DNA of 64,000 nucleotides. Source: Candidatus Methanomethylicia archaeon. GTDB taxonomy: Archaea; Thermoproteota; Methanomethylicia; CALHIW01. Numbering within the stretch: the first letter of the stretch is position 1; each line of letters starts with the position of its first letter. The notes below the pieces were generated by a model. The model did not search any database and was not told where the DNA came from. It was given only the letters and a program-made list of their open reading frames with translations. The translations under genes were made by a program, and so were the position numbers. Of this stretch, positions 9,405 to 20,017 are shown piece by piece. Where the stretch lies: positions 1-64,000 of the forward strand of contig JAWBQF010000009.1 of the NCBI GenBank assembly GCA_038845975.1, given 5' to 3'.

Positions 9405-9609
9405 GCCCATTATTTTCATACTTTATATTATAATCGTTTGGCTCATATAAACACCTTGCAGAAATCCATATTTTTAGCAGTATTTAAGCATTTCTGAAAG
9501 TTTTATTCCATATAGAATTTAAGCCTCAATGTATTGTGATATTTATACATGATTCCTAAAGGAATTTTGTTTTCATAAAAATATTTATTAATAGTTCTGA
9601 AAATAGAAG

Positions 9610-10176
9610 TTGATGAGTATGTTCATTGATCCATGTAGAGTAGGAGAAATAAGAAGAAAACTTGGAATAACCCAAAGAGAACTAGCAAAACTTGCAGGTG
9701 TAAGTCAATCGTTTATTGCTAAGCTTGAATCCGGCAAAATAGATCCAACATATTCAAAGTATAAGCAGGTCATAGATGCTTTAGCTAAACTTAGTTTTAA
9801 GAAGGATGTAAAAGTTGGGGATATAATGGTTAGGAACATTATTCATGCTGATGTAAATGAAACTGTTAAAGAAGTTGCTGAAAAAATGTTAAAGCATGCA
9901 ATATCACAGGTTCCAGTATTTGATGGAGATAAACTAGTTGGTATGGTGACAGAATCAACCATTTTAAATGGAGTAGCTGGAGGAATGAAAATGTCTGAAG
10001 TTAAAGTTTCAAAAATTATGGAGGCACCTCCACCAATTCTACCAGAAGATACTCCACTAGTAGTTGCAGTTCAACTACTTAAGTTTTACCCTATAATACT
10101 TGTTTCAGAAAGGGGAGAAATAGCTGGTTTAATTTCTAAGGCTGACATCATTGGTTTTATGAGGGAAACACTCTAA
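9610..10176 (+). CDS. XRE-type HTH plus CBS-pair transcriptional regulator
   Basis: GITQRELAKLAGVSQSFIAKLESGKIDP HTH; two CBS domains (ISQVPV, GLISKADI). Confidence 0.9.
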   Translation: MMSMFIDPCRVGEIRRKLGITQRELAKLAGVSQSFIAKLESGKIDPTYSKYKQVIDALAKLSFKKDVKVGDIMVRNIIHADVNETVKEVAEKMLKHAISQVPVFDGDKLVGMVTESTILNGVAGGMKMSEVKVSKIMEAPPPILPEDTPLVVAVQLLKFYPIILVSERGEIAGLISKADIIGFMRETL

Positions 10177-10350
10177 TAGTCAAGTAGGTACTTAACTACC
10201 ACTAAATAATGATTTAGAGAATGTATCTAAAGCTATTAGACTAGAGTAGACTAATGTAATAGTATATTGATTAAAAAGTAGACAAGCTTATCAAGATAGT
10301 ATACGAATAATTCTTTAATATGTAGGGGAAGATATACTGAGGCGTTCTAA

Positions 10351-12957
10351 TTGAATATTAATGTTAAGAAGATCATTAAAAGAGATGGGAGAATTGTAGA
10401 TTTTGATTCTCAAAGAATTGAGGTAGCTATTAGAAAAGCAATGTTAGCAACAGGTAAGTATGATGAAAAACTTTTAAGAAGAGTTGTTCAAGCTGTCCTC
10501 AGAATAGTTGATGAAAAGTTTGGTGAAACAGAGCAAGCTCCTCATGTAGAAGACATTCAAGATATCGTTGAGCTTGTTCTTGTTAAATATGACTTATATG
10601 AAGTGGCAAAAGCATACATTCTATACAGGAAGGAGAGGGAAAGAATAAGAAAGGAGAAAATGACAATACTTAATAAGAACTATGTTGATGAGGTTGATAA
10701 AAGCTTTTCAATTAATGCTATAAGACTAATGGCTTCTAGATATCTACTGAAGGATGAAGAGGGAAGAATTATAGAGGGGCCTAAACAATTGTTTGAAAGA
10801 GTAGCTGCATTAGTTGTTATACCAGATATAATTTACGATGAAAAAATATTCAGTAAGCACGGAGGGCAAATAATACATCCATATGAGGAATTTAACCCAA
10901 CTAAATGGTTAGGAAAGCTTGGTTTGGGTAAGAATGAAAAGGGTTTTAAAATATATTGGAATGAATGGCATTTGGAATGTATGAAAAAACTTTACGATGA
11001 ATTAAATAATCAAGGAAAAATGAAGATTTCTTGGAGTACATTATTAAACAAGATTGCTCAGGGAGAACTCGATGATCATTACAATGACTTCATAAAATAC
11101 TATAGGCTAATGACTGAAAAAAAGTTTTTACCAAATTCGCCAACATTATTTAATGCCGGAACAAGACTTGGACAACTTTCAGCATGTTTCGTACTTAATA
11201 TTGATGATGATATGGAATCAATAATGAAGGCTGCAACTGATGCAGCAATAATATTTAAAAGTGGTGGGGGAGTAGGTATCAACTACTCAAAGCTTAGAGC
11301 TGAAGGAGATATCGTTTCCTCAACAAAGGGAGTAGCAAGCGGTCCTGTATCATTTATGAAAATAATAGATACAGTAACGGAAGTAGTTAAACAGGGCGGA
11401 AAAAGAAGGGGAGCAAACATGGGAATACTTGAAATATGGCATCCAGACATAGAGAAATTTATTCTTGCAAAATCCAAAGAGGGAAATTTAGAAAATTTTA
11501 ATCTATCTGTAATGATAACACCAGACTTTTGGAGCTATTACGATAGTGGTAAACCATATCCCTTAAGGAATCCGAGGGATGGTAAAGTATGGAGAGAAAT
11601 AGATCCAAAAACACTATTTCATATGATTGCTGAAATGGCTTGGAGGACAGGAGATCCTGGAGTGCTTTTTATGGATAATATTAATAGAAGAAATATTATG
11701 ATAAGCTTTCTGGGGGAAATTAAATCAACAAATCCCTGCGGTGAGGAACCTCTGTATCCGTACGAATCATGTAATTTAGGCTCAGTAAATCTTTATGCAT
11801 TCATAAAAGTTAGTGATTCAGGTATAGTTTTTGATTGGGATGATTATAGTGAAACAATAATGATTGCTCAAAGATTTCTAGATAACATTATCGATGTTAA
11901 TAAGTTTCCACTAAGAGAAATAGAGGAAAACACTAAGAAAACTAGGAAAATAGGTCTTGGATTAATGGGGCTTGCAGATACTTTATTTGCTTTAGGGATA
12001 CCGTATAATAGTGAGGAGGGATTTGCCCTAATGAGGAAGTTTGCTGAATACCTAACATATTATGCGATGAAGGCCTCTATAGAAATGGCTAAAAGAAGAG
12101 GAGAATTCCCGTTATTTAATGTTTCAAACTATGTTAAGGGAGATATGCCTATTGAAGGTTATTATCATAGAGAACTTTGGACGCTTAACTGGGATGAAAT
12201 TCAAAAAGAAATAATGGCTAATGGTATTAGGAATGCTGAATTAACAACTATAGCTCCAACAGGATCGATATCAATGCTTGTAGATACATCTTCAGGAATT
12301 GAGCCTCAGTACGCATTAGTATATGAGAAAAGAGTAACAGCAGGCCAATTCTTCTATGTCGATGTGGAATTTGAAAGACAACTTAGAGAAAGAGGATTAT
12401 ATGATGAATCAATACTTAAAAAGATAGCAGATAATGGTGGATCTTTACAAGAAATATCAGAAATACCTGAAAATATGAGAGAGATATTTCTCGTAGCTTA
12501 CGATATTCCATGGTGGGATCATATTAGAGCTCAGGCTGAAATCAGTAAATGGATATGTGCAGCTGTTAGTAAAACAATTAATATGCCAAGCTGGGTTTCA
12601 ATAGAAGATGTTGAAAAAGCATTTCATCTAGCTTATAAATTAAACTTAAAGGGATTAACAATATATAGGGATGGATCAAAGGGAATGCAAGTTCTTGTAA
12701 CACCATCGCAAAGAAAGGGAGGATATGTTAGAAGTATTAAAAACGAAACTTTAAAAATAATGTCCAAGCTTGGAATAATGCCCAAGCTTAACGTATCGAT
12801 TTTCATACAAACCGTAAAGCCAGAGAATTTTGAGAACCAGCATAGCATTGAAAAAGGAGTAGAAAAGTGTCCGGAATGCAATTCAAAAAGGTTTGTATAT
12901 GAGGAGAAATGCATTAAATGCTTAGATTGTGGATGGATCGCATGCGTTGTATCATAA
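10351..12957 (+). CDS. nrdJ: Class II (B12-dependent) ribonucleotide reductase with ATP cone and C-terminal Zn ribbon
   Basis: KRDGRIVDFD ATP cone, PNSPTLFNAG, LSACFV, TNPCGEEPL, CNLGS, IAPTG, C-terminal CPEC/CLDC. Confidence 0.95.
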   Translation: MNINVKKIIKRDGRIVDFDSQRIEVAIRKAMLATGKYDEKLLRRVVQAVLRIVDEKFGETEQAPHVEDIQDIVELVLVKYDLYEVAKAYILYRKERERIRKEKMTILNKNYVDEVDKSFSINAIRLMASRYLLKDEEGRIIEGPKQLFERVAALVVIPDIIYDEKIFSKHGGQIIHPYEEFNPTKWLGKLGLGKNEKGFKIYWNEWHLECMKKLYDELNNQGKMKISWSTLLNKIAQGELDDHYNDFIKYYRLMTEKKFLPNSPTLFNAGTRLGQLSACFVLNIDDDMESIMKAATDAAIIFKSGGGVGINYSKLRAEGDIVSSTKGVASGPVSFMKIIDTVTEVVKQGGKRRGANMGILEIWHPDIEKFILAKSKEGNLENFNLSVMITPDFWSYYDSGKPYPLRNPRDGKVWREIDPKTLFHMIAEMAWRTGDPGVLFMDNINRRNIMISFLGEIKSTNPCGEEPLYPYESCNLGSVNLYAFIKVSDSGIVFDWDDYSETIMIAQRFLDNIIDVNKFPLREIEENTKKTRKIGLGLMGLADTLFALGIPYNSEEGFALMRKFAEYLTYYAMKASIEMAKRRGEFPLFNVSNYVKGDMPIEGYYHRELWTLNWDEIQKEIMANGIRNAELTTIAPTGSISMLVDTSSGIEPQYALVYEKRVTAGQFFYVDVEFERQLRERGLYDESILKKIADNGGSLQEISEIPENMREIFLVAYDIPWWDHIRAQAEISKWICAAVSKTINMPSWVSIEDVEKAFHLAYKLNLKGLTIYRDGSKGMQVLVTPSQRKGGYVRSIKNETLKIMSKLGIMPKLNVSIFIQTVKPENFENQHSIEKGVEKCPECNSKRFVYEEKCIKCLDCGWIACVVS

Positions 12958-13005
12958 TTACAGGTAAAAGTTAGATTTATATTATATTTTTGCTATGTAG
13001 CATTA

Positions 13006-13335
13006 GTGTTAGTAATGGGGCTAGATGATATTATTAGCAAATTTATAGCTAATGCATTAACTAGAGTACTCATACTTCAGACATTAAGTTCTGGGGAACT
13101 ACTAGGAGGATACCATATACTAAAAAGAATAACTAAAACATTAAATATAAGGATAAAGCTCAGTACTTTCTATACAATACTTAAGGATATGGAAATGAAG
13201 GGATATATTAATTCTATAAGTAGTGATGGAAAAAATAGAGTTTATAACATAACTCAAAAAGGTAAAAATGCGCTGAATTTAAGTAAAAAATATTTAAAGA
13301 CAAAAATAAACGATATTATTTCAAAAACTGAATAA
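13006..13335 (+). CDS. PadR-family transcriptional regulator
   Basis: GYHI, STFYTILKDMEMKGYI, VYNITQKGK. Confidence 0.85.
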   Translation: MLVMGLDDIISKFIANALTRVLILQTLSSGELLGGYHILKRITKTLNIRIKLSTFYTILKDMEMKGYINSISSDGKNRVYNITQKGKNALNLSKKYLKTKINDIISKTE

Positions 13336-13419
13336 TATAATAGTTGATGATTTAAGTTACAAGATAATTCATACGATCTCAAAATCTTTACTAAGTTAGC
13401 TAATTTTAATCTAATTATG

Positions 13420-14373
13420 TTAGTAACTAGAATACTTTACTAGCTTAAGTTTCCTTGCAGCAGCTCGTACCCATTCTGCTACTTTAACAGCATCTCTTGT
13501 TTCTGAAACATCATGTGTTCTGATCACGTTTGCTCCATTTATGATAGCTATTGCCGTTGCTGCTATTGATCCATAAAGTCTATCCTCCACCATTTCTCTA
13601 CCTGTTATTGGCCATAAGAATGATTTTCGTGATACACTAATAAGAATTGGGTGATTAAGTGTTTTAAGTCTGTAAAGCCCGGATATTAAAGCTATATCTC
13701 TTATATACCATGGAGGATTACTACATCTAATATATCTATTAATCTCATTTATATCAGCTTCTTTAATTTTTCTTTCTGTAAAAACCTGTAATGATGAGGG
13801 AAATCCTATGCCTGGATCGATAACTATTTTCTTAGGCTGTATTCCAGCATCATATGCTATATTTAAGCTTTCTCTTAGTATTTGTACAGTGCAATTGATA
13901 ATATTTGATTTTAAGGGGTTAATGTTATTCATTCTTGCAACAATTACTAAGGAAGCATTATAATCTGCAATTACCTTAGCCATTTCTAAATCTGCTTTTA
14001 AACCAGAGACATCGTTTACAATTTCAACATCATTTTTTAAAGCAGCTTCGGCAACCTTTGAGCTTGTAGTATCGATTGATATCGGAACATCAAAACTGTC
14101 TTTTATTATTTTAATAGCTCTTATAGCTCGATTCATTTCCTCATCTAGTGGTATATATGTGTTTATGTATGGTGCTGAGGATCTTGCACCAATATCTATT
14201 ATATCGGCACCAGAGTTAACCATAATTTCTACTGTAGAAATTACTTCTTCTTTGCTGATTTTTACTGATTTTTTATAGAATGACTCCGGGCTTACATTAA
14301 TAATTCCCATAATTCTAACAGGATAGTTTTCGCCGACATGTATCTTTCCTAGAAGTGCATATGTATTCCTCAT
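13420..14373 (-). CDS. folP: Dihydropteroate synthase
   Basis: MGIINVSPESF, IDIGARS, ISIDT, NDVSG, DPGIGF, SRKSF, IRTHDV. Confidence 0.92.
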   Translation of the reverse strand: MRNTYALLGKIHVGENYPVRIMGIINVSPESFYKKSVKISKEEVISTVEIMVNSGADIIDIGARSSAPYINTYIPLDEEMNRAIRAIKIIKDSFDVPISIDTTSSKVAEAALKNDVEIVNDVSGLKADLEMAKVIADYNASLVIVARMNNINPLKSNIINCTVQILRESLNIAYDAGIQPKKIVIDPGIGFPSSLQVFTERKIKEADINEINRYIRCSNPPWYIRDIALISGLYRLKTLNHPILISVSRKSFLWPITGREMVEDRLYGSIAATAIAIINGANVIRTHDVSETRDAVKVAEWVRAAARKLKLVKYSSY

Positions 14374-14564
14374 TAGATTGAAAATTTCGTATAGAATTTA
14401 AAGTTACTGTTTACATGTATTTTAGCCTTTATTGGGTATTTCTAGAATTTTCCTCTCTTTACATAGCCTTAATTTACCACATGATCTTAAATAGGCTGTG
14501 AGTATAAAGTTACTAAGGACAATAGACTTAGTAAATATTAAGCAATTTCGGCATGTTGTTTAAC

Positions 14565-15044
14565 TTAAAGATTATACTTTTTAACAATTTCAAGAAGTTT
14601 TTCTCTAATGCTGGTTAACATAGTATTGAATTCTTCTAATTTCTGAAGTGCTTTTAAGTCTTCAGTAATTTTAAGTATTTCACTACTAATCTTAAGTATT
14701 TCAATTTCATGAATAATAGGATTCAAATCTGCAATTTTATACATAATCTTAATTCTATTATGTATAGAGTTTAGCTTTATGATAAGTTCGTTAATGTTTT
14801 TATTATCCAATGTTTCAATAATATCTTTAAGCATATTGCCTAATATTTGTTGACATAAAGCTCTAACTTCATTATGTTTCAGATATCCGTATGAAAGCAG
14901 TATTATTGATACCCCAAGTCTATATGCTTCTCCTCTACTTAAAAAATATCCTTTATTTATAAGTTCATCTAATACTTCCACCTTCCATTTATTATCTCTT
15001 AATATTAATGTTTGGGAAATTTTTCTACTCATTTCTATAACCAA
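14565..15044 (-). CDS. Putative RHH-domain protein with C-terminal helical extension
   Basis: LDELINKGYFLSRGEAYRLGV resembles the RHH L(V/I)xxG.(Y/F).SRSE..R motif. Confidence 0.5.
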   Translation of the reverse strand: MVIEMSRKISQTLILRDNKWKVEVLDELINKGYFLSRGEAYRLGVSIILLSYGYLKHNEVRALCQQILGNMLKDIIETLDNKNINELIIKLNSIHNRIKIMYKIADLNPIIHEIEILKISSEILKITEDLKALQKLEEFNTMLTSIREKLLEIVKKYNL

Positions 15045-15299
15045 TATACAGTTTACAATTATTATTGAACCCCCAACTCAATTATATAAATGTTTTCAGA
15101 TATAGCATCGCATTGCGAACCTTGATTTTATTTGTAGTAATGATCAGTGACTGGAAGTTGCTTGGTGAAGGGTAAACTCATAAGAAATAAACACTAAAAA
15201 CCATAGAAGCAATTCAAAATAAATAATGATAAGTATACTAAGTTCATAAGCATTAATTTGTAAAATATAAATACTAGTTTATGTTTATAATAAAATATA

Positions 15300-16505
15300 A
15301 TGAAAGAGTTTATTAAAAAAGCAACCGAAACTGTAAAACTCATTAATTCTATTAGAGTAGAAAATGCCTTAGTAATATATCATGATGATGCTGATGGAAT
15401 ATCAGCAGGAGCTATAATTTCTACAACTTTAAATAGAATGGGGTTAAATGTAAATAGAATCTGTCTTGAAAAGCTACTTCCAGAAGTGGTTAGGGAAATA
15501 CATAGTAGTAAAAGGAGAACACATATATTTTACTGTGATATTGGATCACCCCATTGTGATATGATTTCACAATATAATAATGGAAGAAACTTAACCATTA
15601 TTTTAGATCACCATGATCCCAAACCGTCTATTGATCCTATGGTTATAGATTTAAATCTTGAAAATTTTGGCTTTAAAGGTGAAAGCGATTTTTCAGGTTC
15701 TACATGTAGCTTTTTATTTGCTAAAGTAATTAGTGATGAAAATATTGATCTTTCATATCTTGCAATAACTGGAAGTATAGAGATACCTGAAGGTATTAGA
15801 GGAATAAATAGTGATGTTCTTAGTGAAGCATTAAGAAATAAAATAATATTACGGAAAAATGAAAAGTTATATGTTCCCAAAATAAACATGTTTATTGATG
15901 ATTTATTCTCAAAGTTACAAATACTTGGTTCGGCTGGCTACTATAGAGGGGGACCTGAGCTTGGGATTAAGTTATGCCTTAATGGCGAGACTGAAGAAAT
16001 AAGTAAAGTAGTTAAAGAACTAGAAAGTAAAAGAAAGAATGCTAATAAAAAAATGCTTTCTAAACTTTATAGTGAAGGTATTAAGCAAAGTAAGTATACA
16101 CAATGGTTTGATGCAAATGATATATTCAGTGGCATGGGAACAAAAACCATTGGAACTTTCTGTTCATATTTATCATATCAGAAAAAAATTATAAATCCTA
16201 ATAAGTTCATCGTAGGTTTTATCAATATGTCTTCGGAAATACCAGGATTTGGAGAGATAAAGGAAAAGTATGTTAAAATATCAATTAGAGCACCAGAACC
16301 ATTAAAGAGCAAAATCGATGATGGAATAGTACCATCGGCTATAAATATCCTAAGCGTAGTTGTTAATGGACATGGTATTGCAGATGGACATACTTATGCT
16401 GCAAGTGCTATAGTATATAGAGAGTATAAAGATGAAATTATCAGGAAAATTGATTACTATATTGATAAATACAAAGATAAGAGAGGAACTAAAAATATAT
16501 TCTAG
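15300..16505 (+). CDS. DHH-family phosphoesterase (RecJ/GAN-like)
   Basis: YHDDADG, CDIGS, LDHH and DHHA1-like GHTYAAS. Confidence 0.85.
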   Translation: MKEFIKKATETVKLINSIRVENALVIYHDDADGISAGAIISTTLNRMGLNVNRICLEKLLPEVVREIHSSKRRTHIFYCDIGSPHCDMISQYNNGRNLTIILDHHDPKPSIDPMVIDLNLENFGFKGESDFSGSTCSFLFAKVISDENIDLSYLAITGSIEIPEGIRGINSDVLSEALRNKIILRKNEKLYVPKINMFIDDLFSKLQILGSAGYYRGGPELGIKLCLNGETEEISKVVKELESKRKNANKKMLSKLYSEGIKQSKYTQWFDANDIFSGMGTKTIGTFCSYLSYQKKIINPNKFIVGFINMSSEIPGFGEIKEKYVKISIRAPEPLKSKIDDGIVPSAINILSVVVNGHGIADGHTYAASAIVYREYKDEIIRKIDYYIDKYKDKRGTKNIF

Positions 16506-16543
16506 AATTTTAGAGCTAAAATTAACATGATTTCAAGATAAAA

Positions 16544-18001
16544 CTACCATTTATTACCTATAGTCCTGATTAGAACATAAATATAAGGTAAACCAAATAG
16601 TAATAAACATGTTGCTGATAGAATATATCCCTTAAGAAGCATTACTATTGAGGATAGATAACATACAGTACTTAATATAACTTCTGATTTCTCAACATCT
16701 TTAAATTTATTTGAGAATTTACCTTTAGGTGTAACGTGCCATACTTCTTTTATCTTTAAAAGGGCTTTCAATGATGATATAAATACTACTAATGCAAGAG
16801 CTCCAGTAACTGCTGCATTCCTACCTATATCTATTATTCTCCTCCTTTTCGAATAAGCTATTACATCACGTGTTGAATGATAATAAACTAAAGCATATAT
16901 AGAAATAAAAGGTATTAAAGATACTAGATAATACATATTCATAGATAATACATCAAAATCTAACACTAAAGAAGATAATGAAAGGATAATTAAAATAATA
17001 TTAAGTAAAAGAGCATGATATTGAATTACATGAAAAATAATCTCAAATTTCCATCTCAATGGAATATTTGATTTAATTATATTCCAAAAATTATTCATAA
17101 AAACTTGAGTTGCACCGTAAACCCATCGTTTTTGCTGCTTTTTAAGAGCATGATATGTTTCAGGAACTTCAATAGGTAATTCAACATCATATAAATATTT
17201 TATCTTATTACCGTTAATCAATAATTTAATGGATAAATCAATATCTTCAATAAGTGTACCCTCTGGCCAGCCACCAATATTTTCTAACACTTTTTTCCGA
17301 ATGACACATCCATTACCTGTTAAAAAAATTGGGCTGCCCAAAGCTTCTCTACCATCGAATAATACTTTACTTAGGAAATTCAGGGATAGTGCCTGAGCTT
17401 CTGAGATCGGTGTACTTAGAGTATTGTATGGCTTCCATCTTACTATTAATGCAGCAAATTCCTTGTTAAATTCTAGATAATTAATTGTTTTAGTTAGGAA
17501 GTTGGATGGAGGCTTTGAATCAACATCAAATACAACTATATACTCGCCTTTACTTTCACACAAAAGGCGATTTAGAGCCCCTGCCTTAAATCCACTATAT
17601 GAGCTTCTAGATAGAACTTTAATGTTTAATCCGTTTTCTACATATTCTTTTACTAGTTTTCTAACATTTTGTACATAAATTTCATCATCATCGCTAAGTA
17701 TTAGCAATTCAAATGCTGAAGTAGGATAGTTTAACTTTTTAATATTTTCTATAAATTGCTTAATTAGATCAATAGGCTCTGATCTTACTGGTAGATGTAT
17801 GGAGACAAACGGATGATTTTCTGTAATAAGCATAGAATTGTTTTCTAAATTAGGCTTCAATTTAAAGCTATATAGGTAATAGATTATATGAGATAAAACT
17901 ATAATTATTACTAAAGAAACAACAATAATTACTATGGCCTTTATGATGAAAGCTATAGAAAGGAATGAAGATACATATCTAATTATGTTAAGCTCTAGCA
18001 T
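16544..18001 (-). CDS. Membrane GT2 glycosyltransferase, cellulose-synthase-like
   Basis: FKAGALN, FDVD, IED, QQKRW, WHVTPK; one N-terminal and several C-terminal TM helices. Confidence 0.88.
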   Translation of the reverse strand: MLELNIIRYVSSFLSIAFIIKAIVIIVVSLVIIIVLSHIIYYLYSFKLKPNLENNSMLITENHPFVSIHLPVRSEPIDLIKQFIENIKKLNYPTSAFELLILSDDDEIYVQNVRKLVKEYVENGLNIKVLSRSSYSGFKAGALNRLLCESKGEYIVVFDVDSKPPSNFLTKTINYLEFNKEFAALIVRWKPYNTLSTPISEAQALSLNFLSKVLFDGREALGSPIFLTGNGCVIRKKVLENIGGWPEGTLIEDIDLSIKLLINGNKIKYLYDVELPIEVPETYHALKKQQKRWVYGATQVFMNNFWNIIKSNIPLRWKFEIIFHVIQYHALLLNIILIILSLSSLVLDFDVLSMNMYYLVSLIPFISIYALVYYHSTRDVIAYSKRRRIIDIGRNAAVTGALALVVFISSLKALLKIKEVWHVTPKGKFSNKFKDVEKSEVILSTVCYLSSIVMLLKGYILSATCLLLFGLPYIYVLIRTIGNKW

Positions 18002-18749
18002 GATATAAGATGTTATAAAACGTATTTAAATTCTTCTTATGTCTACTAAAATTTTCTATAGGTCTATGTACTGAAATGTTCTAGTACATAATGTATCCTT
18101 ATCTCTAATTATATAGTAATCTTATTATTGAAGGGTAAGAACTGATTTTAAGAGAAACCCTGGTAAGTTAATTAATATAACCAGTAAATAAGCCTAATCA
18201 GCTATATAATTTTCTATTGTAAATTAAGTAATTTTAAGTGTTTTCTCTAGGATATTGGGGAGTATAAGTTGGAGAAAGTAAGTATGTGTGGAAGCATTTT
18301 TCCCTCTCTAAATACGTACTCTTCAATACTAGTGGCTCCATAAGTCTATCTATTTATGTCTTTGGATTACCGTTGAATTTTAATACTAAAGCTTCATGAA
18401 GCTCAAAATAATTTAAGAGAAGATACCTAATCTTCTTTTACTCGGTGAAGTATAGTTTACTCAAAGTATTTGTTGTTTTATTATTCTTTACTCATTGGTT
18501 TATGCAGTTCTCATACTCTTCTGACTGAGACTTATGTGTTGGCTTCTTAAGTTTGTTGATGGTTCTATAGGTAAGCTTATTCACTCTTACAACAACATCC
18601 TATAAACCTAAATAATACTTTAGAAATCCATCAAACTAACATCTACATGAATACTATACCAGATTAACATCTAATAAAACCCTAACACCAACATGAAAAA
18701 TAAACAATAGAACCTATACAACTTATTAAGCTGTCAGATCCGTTTTATA

Positions 18750-18808
18750 GGTTCTGTAAACCTTAGATATGAAAAGTACACGTAATTGATTGCTTAAGTC
18801 CACAAGGC
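18750..18808 (-). mobile_element. ~58-bp IS6-end mini-element, copy 1
   Basis: ggttctgtaaaccttagatatg...gcttaagtccacaaggc; similar to copies at 31741, 38431, 38993 and 40494. Confidence 0.7.
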
Positions 18809-19283
18809 AGTTTATATATTCTCATTGCAGCTTATATAATGCTATTAAATGAGGTTAATATGAGAAGTGATTATCGTAGACGTCGTTGTAAATCATGTCT
18901 TAAGGCTTTTAATAATAAATTTTAATAATAAAAACTATAGTAATTAGTGAAAACTCTATATGTCTATGTTTCATGCAGTTTAATTTACCACTATGTTGAA
19001 TTTACAGTTTCTTTAAGATTTTTAGGACTGCTAGAACCCTTAAAGGAATTTAAACACCACCTTAAACAATAGAGTTTCTAGACAATTTATATAGAGGCAA
19101 AGTATAAAAATTTCATAAAAAATATTATATTTGTAGTACGAATACAATGGTGCTTTAATCTCTAAAGAATTATAGCTGCTGGCTTATCAATATAGAGTAA
19201 GAATATGCTAAATAAAAATCTAAGTTAACGGATACAAAACATTATTAGAAATAAATTTAAGAACGCTATAGAAATTAGTTAAT

Positions 19284-19952
19284 ATGGGATTGATTGAGCT
19301 AGAGAATTTAGTTAAGGAGTGGAGAAAAGGACCTTCTGGACCATTGCCTAAGATAAATTTAATGAAGCTTATTTCAGCAACCATAATGATTAGTTGGTAT
19401 AAACCCATAGGGAGGTATCTTCTATCAGAGCTTACTAATGTTCCTCAAGGAGTTATGAGGGGGCTTCTTAAAAGACTACAGAATAGTAATTATGTGATGA
19501 TGAGTAAAAGAGGAGCAATATTAACACCACTAGGGGAAAAAATTCTTAATGAGACGCTAAATGACCTCAAAATAAATAGAATAAACAAATTAAATGCAGA
19601 GGAAATGAAGTCTTTAGTGCAAGGGAAGTGTATTATAGGAGTTTGTATAAGGAAAGTTGCAAATAACATAAAAAGTGGAGTGGAGCAGAGAGATGAGGCA
19701 ATAAAACATGGTGCTAGAGGAGCTACTACAATTGTATGTAAAAGCAATGATTTACGCATACCACCTACATATGAAAGTCTAAAGCAATTATCACCAAACA
19801 TATATAGATTATTAATGGTTAAGTTTAATCCTGAAGACGATGATGTAATAATAATCTCATGGAATGATAAGGAAGGAATAGTTCTGGAAGGAATAGTATC
19901 AGCTGTGATATTAACATTGGGATTAAAAACCTTATTAAATCAAAATATATAA
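19284..19952 (+). CDS. HTH-containing protein (DUF4443-like putative regulator)
   Basis: GPLP, IGRYLLSELT, GAILTPLG, GVEQRDEAIKHGARGATT. Confidence 0.7.
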   Translation: MGLIELENLVKEWRKGPSGPLPKINLMKLISATIMISWYKPIGRYLLSELTNVPQGVMRGLLKRLQNSNYVMMSKRGAILTPLGEKILNETLNDLKINRINKLNAEEMKSLVQGKCIIGVCIRKVANNIKSGVEQRDEAIKHGARGATTIVCKSNDLRIPPTYESLKQLSPNIYRLLMVKFNPEDDDVIIISWNDKEGIVLEGIVSAVILTLGLKTLLNQNI

Positions 19953-20017
19953 TTATATGTCTTTATAGCTGATATTTAGCAGCTTAATAGGATGTTCAAT
20001 TAATCTTTCATAGAATT

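Noticed and set aside
10351-12957. Intein in nrdJ
   Set aside because: Normal length, catalytic motifs contiguous, no intein junction or LAGLIDADG motifs seen.
15100-15185. GC-richer patch as a C/D sRNA or tRNA
   Set aside because: No consistent C/D box pair on either strand and no cloverleaf or T-arm.
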